Assembly: GCA_963693365.1 (NCBI GenBank) | Contig: CAVNZM010000005.1 | Location: 2,532,342 to 2,596,341 of the forward strand | Origin: Amoebidium appalachense | Lineage: Eukaryota > Protista > Ichthyosporea | DNA: 64,000 nucleotides | Reading direction: 5' to 3' | In this document: in pieces, positions 53,369-64,000 of the stretch | How positions within the stretch are numbered: position 1 is the first letter of the stretch | How the letters are laid out: each line of letters opens with the position of its first letter | Program-made: the position numbers and the translations under genes | The notes under the pieces: generated by a model | The model's database searches: none | Told to the model about the DNA's origin: nothing | The model's input: only the letters and a program-made list of their open reading frames with translations

Positions 53369-54579
53369 GGGGGATTCTTGTCGCAAAATCGCGAGAAGTA
53401 TGTAAAGTAAACTAATAGACTATATTCGTGGGGATATGCCAGCATAAACAGAGACGGCCTCCGATATCTCATTTTTTTTTTTTGAATATTTCCGGCTAGA
53501 TGTCTGTTGTTGGCTTGCCCCAATCCCTATTTGGTCCGTATATATGGCTGCCGTTTGTACGGTGCACATTACACCGTTTGCTTTTGAGAAAAGAATTGCC
53601 ATAGCCTTCCTGCGTTTCGATCCTTCTACCTTCTAATCATATACAGGGACACACAATCACCAGCATCAACACAACCAAAGACTCAGTCTGTTCTGCGCAA
53701 ACACCTTCCAGTATCTCCCTGCCTCCTCCCCCCACCCACCCTCCCCGCCCCCTCTCCCCCCTCCCCTCCCCCCCCACAGATTACTACACAAAAGACCTGC
53801 CCTCCCCCCCCCCCCCCCCCTCCCCCTCCCTCTCCTCCCCTACCCACCCACACACCAAAAAAAAAAAAAAAAAAAAAAAAAAGAAGGAGGGGAAGGGGAA
53901 GGGGGAGGTGGGGGGGAGTAAGAAAGAAAAATGAGAAACGAACACGTCATGTGCACTCACCATATGACCTTGATGTTTTTTGCCTTGAGCTTGTCTATGT
54001 CTGCCTGGGCGGTGAAAAACAGGTCCACATCATACACGTCCACGTCAAAGCTCGTGTCCACGGGTATCAACCCTGGTGTTTGAATGGGCGCTGAGAGCTG
54101 CCATTGCCTGAGAAACACATGAGTATGCAGCACAGAATATAACAGTTTGAAGTAATCTCACTCAATCGAAAAAGACACAACACGCCGTCAAAAGCTCAGT
54201 TATCGACGAACAGCCAGCCAACACTCTTTTTTTAAAAAAAAACGGTCAAACAGGACAACCCAACAATTCATCACCAAGAACCAAGGCAACCCCTGATGGG
54301 GGGAACCACGACGTAGTTGGCAGTGAGCTATATTGTAAAGGAAATGTGCACGAACAAGAAATAGCATTTTCTACAATGAAACGTGAAAAAATGCGCAACC
54401 GCAGCCCCGAAACACCGGGAAAAGGTCGTAGAAAGATAGTTAACTAGTCTGGGCACAAGGTCTTACCAGGTAATTCCGGGTTTGGGAACCCATTTTGCTC
54501 CAGCCTGACGCACTGACCTCTCCCCATTCACTCCCGTTAACACAGCTGCCGCAACCAGACACAACGAAGCTCTGACCAT
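51165..54579 (-). CDS. Glycoside hydrolase family 114 (endo-alpha-1,4-polygalactosaminidase-like), secreted, possibly GPI-anchored
   Basis: Exons 54467-54579, 53961-54107, 53158-53302, 52517-52708, 51803-51923, 51165-51496. Signal peptide, then [90 protein letters not shown], an S/T/P linker and a hydrophobic tail. Confidence 0.92.
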
Positions 54580-56154
54580 CTTTCATATAAAAACCCGCGA
54601 ATTTAAAGAAAAAGATAGTAACTGATGTTTTTGAAGTTAAACGCGCATGCGCGTGTCTTTCTTCATACACACAAAAGCGAGTACATGTTGGCCGGTGTGT
54701 GACTTTGAAGCGTTTCCACCTAACCAAGGGCTTGATCTCTCAGAAATCTGTCTGAAACAAGGCAACCATTAAACCAAAAAAAACCCACCAATATTAAAAT
54801 ACTGGTAAGTGTCCAGCTCAAACCGGGTGAGAGGCGGTTTTAATAGCTCAAAGACTCGATGGAACACTGACTTCAACTCCGATTGAAAGGTGGGTAAGCT
54901 CCAGATGAAAGGTGGGTAAGCTACCAGATCCAGTGACTGTGTGCAAAAAGAATTAAAGGGGTCCTTGACGGTGGAAGGTCCATAGAAGTTATAAAAGGGG
55001 TGGTGGGCAAAGTCTAAACTATAGACCACTGGATCGTGTGTGCACCGTACAGTGTAGTATACAGCAGGCTTTGTGTCCCCGTTTTTGCCCTGCTTGTAGG
55101 GTGCCCACCTACTCTTTTTCTGGCTGTGTAAAGAGCCGCGCGCGTGGGGTCATTTACTCCATTTACCCTACGACTAGACTGCATCTGATTGGACACGGTC
55201 TTATGTGGTGAAGAGAGGGGGGCTTTATGTAAGTGCAATATTTGAGCTCAACACAGGTAGTGCTTATTTTATTATACTCGATTACCATAGAAATTGAAAA
55301 TAACTAATACTATTAGCAACTTGAAATGGTGTTTTGTTGGGTTCTTTTCAAGGCGTTTGCATAAGTAATGTTGTAGCTAGTGTCTGTTATTTAATGCGAG
55401 TTCCGAAATTCAAGATTTGGGGTTTCTTTGCAATTAGCGGTCGGTGGTCTTTACGGATCCTTTTTTGCAGATTTAAATACTACGACTCTGTGTGCTATGA
55501 TATTTGGCCATTTCATATTGCATACTTGATAAAAAGCCCTTATTAAACTATAATGAAATGATGCCTAAGATCCTATTGGCTATCATTTATTTTGCTTTTG
55601 TGCAAAGTTGCCGGGAAAACCTAAATCTTAGGCTTAGATAAGTACATGGGGCGGTGCTAGCGCAGAGTTTGAAACTATTTGCCATTAATGTTATGAAGAA
55701 TTTGTTTTGCTAATCAAACTATACAGACTATATATTAACTCTTCCCTGGCAAAACAGAGCAGTAAGAGGGCTGGACACTAGAGCGTGAACGTGAGTATGT
55801 GTGCGAGCCGCGCCGCAGGCCCACCGGAATCCGGACCTGCGGGGCCTGCAAATCTTATTTCAAAATTTCGAAGTCCGATGATGTATGTACACTGAAGTGC
55901 GGTACTGGACCAGTCACTTGTGAGTGTACAAAGAGCTACTACACTGATATTGTGCTGATAGATAGACTGCTGCAGCCCTAAAAAGGAATATACACACATC
56001 ACTCCCTTTTGCAGCTGCTATATTGCTGCGTGCTTATGTTGAGCCCCGAGCACAACCTTCAGTAGGGCTTGAATCAATGAGCTTCCTATTGGATGGCAGA
56101 GCACCAGCAACAAAAAGGCAGTCCACCAATCAGGAGCTTCCTACAGAAACATTA

Positions 56155-56879
56155 AGCCGCTTAAAGAAGTATTTGCCCTCCCACCCTCTCTTCTCTATCC
56201 GACCTGTCCCCTCCTCACCTCTCCCCTCTTTCCTCCCCTCTCTCTCCCCTTCTCCCCTGGGCACAAATACAAATAAACCCCGCAATAGTGTGTGTGTGAC
56301 TTTGGACTGCCACTTACTTATTAAACATGTACACAATCACAAGATAATCACGCAATATAACAAATGGAAAAAGATACCAAACGACACTAGACCCGATGAA
56401 AGCATACACCTTGAAAAACTAAGCCTTATGTCTCGTTTTATATATACTGACCGCCTCAACCATATTGCCAAATATGGCACTCGCAAGTGTATAACACCTA
56501 AATACATATTACCTTCCTGTAGAACTGGTCTTTCTCTAGCTGATGGTATTATTGATCAATTACCACGCTTTTACTGTACACGTGCTATACAGTGGAGATC
56601 TAATAAGTATAAGGTGGCATCATTTGCATGCCCAAACAACACACACACACACCAGTTTAACCGGTCATGTATCGCCAAATGTAGTTTGATAGACCACATA
56701 ATACCGCAACACACACACGTCACATTCACAACAGACACCCAGAAAGATAGCCTACCTGTAAATTACAACATCCTTGATTTTATACTAAACACGCGTAACT
56801 ACGACCTGTTTATTAGATGTATTGATTGGCTTGAGAAACACATCACTACAAAATTATAGCGCACGCGCACACACACACA

Positions 56880-56930
<51 letters not shown>

Positions 56931-56962
56931 CCAGCTGATACCGAGTGTCCCGAGGGGAGCCC

Positions 56963-57020
<58 letters not shown>

Positions 57021-57214
57021 GGGGAACCCCAACTAATTGATTTCTCCTTGTAGTCTTTATGGTGTCTCGTAGAGAAAGTAAACCCTGATATATAGTCACC
57101 ACCCGACATCTATGTACGTGATCATGATATACCGCTGAGGGGATATTCCGAGCAAACCCCCCCCCCCATACCTGAGACTGGTTCTCTTTGCCTCGAGTAA
57201 ACAGCGTAAACCCC
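56155..57214 (+). mobile_element. Non-LTR retrotransposon family B, 5'-truncated copy
   Basis: Near-identical to 49259-50329 with an intact C-terminal frame to the stop at 56859; same 3' UTR and terminus. Confidence 0.92.
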
Positions 57215-57234
57215 ATGGATGACTACTTTGAAAG

Positions 57235-57264
57235 TTTGCCTCGCGTAAACAGCGTAAACCCCCC
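57235..57264 (+). mobile_element. 30-nt 3'-terminal fragment of family B with a flanking duplication
   Basis: TTTGCCTCGCGTAAACAGCGTAAACCCCCC lies between ATGACTACTTTGAA (57219-57232) and ATGACTACTTGAA (57265-57277). Confidence 0.65.
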
Positions 57265-58516
57265 ATGACTACTTGAACCACGTGCTGAAGATGTGCCGGT
57301 GCACCGTGCACGTGATGGGTGTGCACTGTACATCCATGTGTGCTATGTGGAAAAATACGTGTGGTTTATGCTGCCACTGCTTCTTCGGTTTTCCTTTGTT
57401 CCGCCTCAGCTGCTATTAGTACTAGTACAAGTGGAGGTGCCGGAACGCAGCTCGTGATCAGTGATGAAGCATCAATAACTAAGACTCAAGTCACATTCGT
57501 CCCGGCCGACTGACTCGGTAGTTCCAAACTGCGAACACGTGCACCCTGGTACAACAGTGGTCCGACTACTACATACCGGTTGTCGCTGGCCCGCCCCTGA
57601 GTTGTGAATCTAGTGGTGGTGCGTGGTCATTGCCTGGGTACTACAGTGGGTAGGTGGCGGCGGTATCGTGTGATACATACGTATACATGCAATGCCTAGA
57701 TAGTGTACGTGTGTGTGTTTGTAGTAGTGACCGTCCGTACGTGTTGACATTTGCAAGAACCACATTGTATCCATGGCCATGTTGATTGGGTTTGCAATTC
57801 GATGGGGAGTACTTGTGGATCACGCTTAACGTTAGCGGTCACCTATTTAACAAATAAACGGGGTGATGCGTATGGGGCTCGAGGCCTGGGCAGTAGCCAT
57901 GTGCACATGACCCACGCTCATTACTACAGTATTAGGTGCTATCTACATAAACTGTACCATAATAAGCGGCCGCGGTCTATCCAGCCTGAGACATCGAACC
58001 TCGAGCCCAGTGCCGAGTGGCACCGAGCTCGAGTCTTCACGGTAGTAATATATGTGACCGTGTAGTAACATGCATATATGCCCCGCACCCAGGCCCACTA
58101 AACCGACTAAATTTAAATAGTATTTTTTGCACCACTCACACCACTGCCACGACCCACCCGCCCACCAACCCACCATGCGTGCACCATCACGGTGCAGCAG
58201 GTTGGTCGACTGCTAATTATCAGTGAGGCTCAGCCTGGAGCCTGGTGGTATAAGCTACTCGCTTAGGGCATGTGCAAGGGCAGTGTGTTCACCTTAAATC
58301 ATGCATGAATGCATAACTTTTGGCCCCACTGGCACGTGAACACACGTATTGCACCCAGTTACTACGTCGCGATTAACACGCACGCAGAGTTATCCACCCG
58401 CACAGACACACACACGCGGGTGATATGTGTGCACAAGTGCACACCCCCGCGCGCGCGCACACACACACACGTGAATACACAAACACACACACGTACACAC
58501 ACACACACACACGCAT

Positions 58517-58552
<36 letters not shown>

Positions 58553-58602
58553 AGTCACAGACACAGACACACACACACACAGACAGACACACACACACAC
58601 AC

Positions 58603-58716
<114 letters not shown>

Positions 58717-58827
58717 ACGCAGGCGAACATGTACACACAGACACACAACACACGCTTGCGTGCACGCAAACACGCACACACACATCAAGGGCCCAACCAC
58801 ATCGGCCGGGAATTCAACTTGCTCCGA

Positions 58828-59150
58828 GCAGAATTAATCTGCAAAAAGCAGAATTAATCTGCAAAAAACAGAATTATCCAGCAAAAGCAGAAGTATTCAG
58901 CAAAAGCAGAATTATTCTGCTGTCAGCAGAATTATTTTGCAAAGATCAGCATTATTCAGCAAACTGAGAATAATTCTGCACAACGCAGAATTGTTCTTGA
59001 CAAGCAAAATTATTCTGCTAAAAGTAAAATTGTTCTGCTTTGCCTAAATTTACTCTGCTGCCGTGAGCAGAATCCAGCTACTCAAAGTTCTGTTTTTTGC
59101 AGAATAAATCTGCTAAAAGCAGAATCTTTTTCATTCTCAGGCTTTATTCT
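58828..59150. repeat. Degenerate ~21-bp minisatellite with palindromic core GCAGAAT(T)ATTCTGC
   Basis: About 15 diverging units; intergenic. Confidence 0.8.
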
Positions 59151-59354
59151 GTTTTTTCTAAAAGATCATGATACTATTACTACTTAAATATCATATCGTA
59201 TATAGAGAGAGAGAGAGGAGCTCGAGAGAGTCGTATAGAGAGAGAGTGAGAGAGAGGGGGGGGGGGGGGGGGGGGGGGACGAAAGCGAGTGAGAGAGAGC
59301 GTGAGAGCCGCTTGAGAGAGAGATTAAAGGTTGAAAAAGAGCTCTTTTCCGAGG

Positions 59355-59482
<128 letters not shown>

Positions 59483-59877
59483 GTGTGTGTGTGTGTGTGT
59501 GTGTGCGTATGTGTGCATGTGTGCGTGTCAATGATATTTTAAGCTATCATCAGTGATTGAACCTTGTGTTTGTGTGTTATTTGCGGTAATGGGTGTCACC
59601 TACCATCTCCTCCGCTACTAACAGCGAACGCCTTCAATCTCCCCACCTATGCCTCTCTCCATTTTCTCTGCAACCAATCAAATCTGACTTGATGTGGTTT
59701 CGAATCCTCAGGCTCACAGGTCACCGAAGTGATTTGATTGGACACCGTCTTCAGCCACCTTCATTCATCCACCGGCACCACAAACGTGGAATGGCCGGGA
59801 GATGGAAGTTGGGGATAGGCACACACACACACACACACTCACACACACACTCACACACACACACACACACTCACAAA

Positions 59878-59908
<31 letters not shown>

Positions 59909-59984
59909 CGTGACACACACACACTCACACACACACATACACACACTATACACACTATATACACACACACACACGTACACACGC

Positions 59985-60039
<55 letters not shown>

Positions 60040-60318
60040 TACACACTTGTCTTACAGTATGTGAAACACCTTTGAGCATTGGTTGAGAACAGATTTGAAC
60101 TTATCTTAGTTTGCGCATATTCAACTCGGGCGCTGATTGTCCTATTAGTGTAGGTTCAATATGGTTTTAACACGGCGTATGAAATATTCAATCAGGAAAA
60201 CGAAACCTCTTTTGGGCTTTTGGTGTGTGTATAATGTGTGGGTGTGTGGGTAGGTGGGTGTGTGGGTGTGTGGGTGTGTGGGTGGTGGTGGGGGGGGGCA
60301 GAGGGGGGAGGGGAGGGG

Positions 60319-60370
<52 letters not shown>

Positions 60371-60799
60371 TGTTCAGAAAAGCCCAAGAAAACCGGCCGG
60401 GGTTCCCCTAAACCTCCGTTATCCGTGGAAAGGAATGGGGGTGGGTTTAGGCCAGTGGAGCCAGCTGTGGAGAGTTGATATTTGGACCGGAGTGGATTAA
60501 TATGCAGTAAGATCTTGGAGGGTCCCCCGAGAATGCCAATAAAGTATGCCGCCGTATGCCATGCCTCACTGTGTGTAATGACATGTAATGCTCAGGCTTG
60601 AGAGTTTAGGGGAAAACCCTGGAATTTCAAGATGCTAAATTTCCTTATGATAATCACCTCCCACCACCGGTCCGTAACCGAGAACAATCCATTACCACGT
60701 TTGCCCCAGTGGCACAGCCTGAGGGGATAGTATGCAACTTCCCCCCCCAATCCGGTCATGTTTGACCCCCTCAGCCACTCCGGACATTCAGTGAATAAG

Positions 60800-60852
<53 letters not shown>

Positions 60853-61185
60853 CTTTAGTGAGATAAGCCTGAACGGTAATTTTGAGTTTGTAGCTCCCTT
60901 TGCTGAATTGGTTACATCTCAGCTATTCAAATCGGTGGATTCTAGAGCAGCGCAAAAGTTTTGGGGTTACCTACGCCTGGGGGTGGGGGTTGCGGGTGGT
61001 GGGGGTTACGGACACGACGTCGTTGCAGGGGTTTTACATATATCGCACTACTAGTAGCCGTACGCGTTTGAAGGCAAGCTTCCAAACTGAAGACTGGGGG
61101 GTTCCGGGTAGGATATTTTGAAACGAAGGACGGGCGGGGCGGGCGGGCGGGGCGGGCGGACGGGCGGGCGGGCGGGCGGGGCGGG

Positions 61186-61217
<32 letters not shown>

Positions 61218-61603
61218 AGGGGAGTGCCGAGGAGGGTTGGGGTGGGTGTGTGCGTGTGTGTGTGTGTGTTGGGGGGAGGGGGGGGGGGGGGGAGGGGGGG
61301 GGTTCCAAATTCAGGGGGGGGGATGCGTTTAGGGCGGATCGAGGGCCGGCCTAGTAGTTTTAGTTGAGCAAGGGTTATGCCCGAATGTACTTGCGCAAAT
61401 TAGCTGGGAACGGTTGCTCAGATATGTAGAACCGGCGTGGATCGAGGCCGGGGAGCCTAGGCCTCTGAGCTCGAGAGGACCTGGGAATATAATATTACAC
61501 ATATATAGAATAAAGTGAGTAAGGGAAGTGGGCCGGGGCAAGAGGAGAAAGTTGAAAAGAGTGTTTTTTATTTTTTTTTATTTTTTATTTTTATTTTATA
61601 TTT

Positions 61604-61636
<33 letters not shown>

Positions 61637-62640
61637 TTCAGGAATGTGCACGGAGGGGAAACCGTGGAGCACTACATATTACGATAGGGGGGGGGAGGGG
61701 GGGGGGGCAGCAAGAGAGAAAATGAGTGGGTGGGTCAGCCGGGTAAGTGGCGTGGAGAGGGAGTGCGAGGAGTGAGCACGACTGAACTAAGAGGGGGGAA
61801 AGAGAGAATCAATGTGCACATGGGTAAGTCGGCCCGAGAGAGGGGCCAGAGGCTGGATGGGGCTGGGGGGGGGGTCACATATATGCTAGTTCATGAGAGG
61901 CACGGAGTGTTTGACTGTGGAGCCTGTGTCACAGACGTGTGTGCGTGTGCGTGTGTGGCAAGGGGAAAGGGGGGGGGGGGGGGGGATACTGTACAAAAGT
62001 GAAGGGAGCAGGACTGACAAGGACCTCAAGGTGGGGATTCGAAATCTAAATCCCCGGAATTTGGGGAGGGAGAAAGTCTAATATTGGTCTTTGCAGGGAA
62101 GGGGTTGTCCATGACCGGGAGCACGGGATCAAATCAGGGAAAGAGGGACCCGGGGAAAACGGGGTGAGAAGGGGTCAATTTGATCAACTCTTGATTGCAA
62201 CTGAGGCACGTACAATTCAGGTATTTTATTGATTCACTAATATGGCCATACGCCATGATACATGGGGTGATGACGTGGGAGGAAGTGTTGAAAACACATG
62301 TGGACCCACCAATACAACTATTAATAGCACCCATGTGCGCGCCAATTACAGTTGGTGCTGGCGCAGCACAAAATAGGACGGGTGCATGCTCACCGAATGA
62401 CAATGAGGTTGATGTGTTAATTTGTACATGAGGGGGTTTGGGTGATTCTAAACGATCCGATTACCATTTAAGGCAAATACCATGCACCCAGAGCCACCTA
62501 TAGGAACAAGTTGTGCTCCAATGATACCTTTTCGTCAATATTGGCAGATGTCTAACCCACCGTAAGACTTTTAGTGACAGTGCACCACAATGACTAATCA
62601 TTATGACAGATGCAATGCTATTGGACGAGAGACGAGCAAA

Positions 62641-63430
62641 TTATTCGTCGATCAGGCGGTAGATGTGGTGCTGTGCGCCATGCTCCGAGCTGCTGACCTC
62701 AAAAACAAATGCCACACAGAAAAGAACAGCACCAGTGGTCATCTCCGTCACAACCTGAAAGATGGAAGGCACGTGAATGCATGCACACACACACACACAC
62801 ACACACACAAAGTTATTAACACACGAGCACACATCCTTGCTGCAGGCAAACACCCACCCATACATCCCCGCTACCCTCGAGAGTCCTCTTTCTATACCAA
62901 AAAAAAGCAGAGTGCATAAACTCGCACAAGGCCCCACACCTATCAACACCACAAGCATCCCCCCCCCCTTCCTCTCCCCAGCCCCCCAAACAATCTCCGA
63001 CCAATTGCATGAATAAGGTCAACATCTCGCCCTCTCTCCACCATCCCCTCCACCCACCCACCTGTAGCACGGAGAAGTTCTCCAGCACCGAGTTCATCAT
63101 ATCTGTGCTCTCCAGCCCCCTCAGCTTCTCCACAAAGCTGACCATGTACTCGCAGATGGCCGTGCGCGTGAACCGGTACACGTACAGCCCGTTGGACGGG
63201 TCGATGTTGGGCGTTGTTGGCTCCTAATGCAGACAGGGCAGGAGAGTAGGGTTAGGCGCTGCCAATGAGAGAAAGGCGGATGGCGCCCGCAAACAGATTT
63301 AAAGCAACAGGCTGTGTGTGTGTGTGTGTGTGTGAAAGCTAAGTCAAGCAGCCCCGGTTCAGGGGGTGGGTTGGTGTGTGCGCACGCGTTTAACTAGGGG
63401 AAGAGGGTGGGAAGGAGGGAGGGAGGGATG

Positions 63431-63468
<38 letters not shown>

Positions 63469-63718
63469 GGAGGAGGCAAAAGCACCGGTGTGATTGTGTG
63501 TGTAACAGAGGGTGCCATTGGGATGACTTTGTGGTCCGGGCACACAGCCTGCCAAGGTGCATAATCTGGGATTGTGCAAGCCAAGCCCACCAAACGGACC
63601 AGAACGGGGTGCCAGGCGGCCTTTGTCAATAAAAACGTGTGTGTGCACATCAACGCGGAGTGCCCCATACCAAAACAACACACCAGACGGCAATGGGACC
63701 GGCAGCCGCCGTGTGTGT

Positions 63719-63749
<31 letters not shown>

Positions 63750-64000
63750 GGGGGGTTGAATGCGTCAAAAAGTACGAAGTACACAAGAACAAACGGATAA
63801 CACCATGCAAAATGCAAGCCATACATAAAGAGTATGCATGGGGGGGGGGGGAGGGGGGGGAGGGGGGGGGGGGAGGGAGGGGGAGGGGGGAGGGAGATGT
63901 GGAGCAACGTGCTGGATATTCGTCGAGACAAGCTGTGGTGTGCTAATAAATCAACGCACCTGAATCTTCTCCACAACCTGCTTGCCGAAGGAACAGACCC
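62641..64000 (-). CDS. TEAD: TEAD/scalloped transcription factor, C-terminal YAP-binding domain (3' exons only)
   Basis: Exons 63960->64000 ([13 protein letters not shown]), 63062-63223 ([41 protein letters not shown]) and 62641-62754 ([31 protein letters not shown]) closely match the TEAD1-4 C-terminus. Confidence 0.95.
63733..63840 (-). mobile_element. Repeat family A, shortest 3'-end copy between two G tracts
   Basis: Reverse complement matches ~721-829; G runs on both sides; in a TEAD intron. Confidence 0.85.

Overview
Eukaryotic nuclear DNA with very intron-rich genes. Nearly all ORF-track calls are artefacts of pervasive poly-C/poly-G tracts and (CA)n/(GA)n microsatellites. Splicing exons by hand (GT..AG, phase-checked) gives seven genes: the 3' part of an unknown multipass membrane protein, an unknown possibly C2-like protein, a secreted ParB/Srx-like (ParBc_2-type) protein, Costars/ABRACL, an animal-type CCA-adding enzyme (TRNT1), a GH114 glycoside hydrolase, and the 3' end of a TEAD/scalloped factor with a YAP-binding domain. 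A Cys-rich repeat ORF is also present. TEAD-YBD plus the animal-type CCA enzyme, next to GH114, suggests a unicellular holozoan such as an ichthyosporean (inference). Mobile DNA comprises three 5'-truncated copies of a non-LTR retrotransposon, six copies of a non-coding repeat and three MITEs. Two signals stand out. (1) The otherwise intact ParB-like gene has a single in-frame TGA (17688-17690), making it a candidate selenoprotein or readthrough gene. (2) The non-coding repeat family is 5'-truncated, ends in poly(C) and holds a pseudoknot with compensatory changes between copies; the LINE also ends in AAACCCC rather than poly(A). All family assignments come from remembered motifs; no database search was run.
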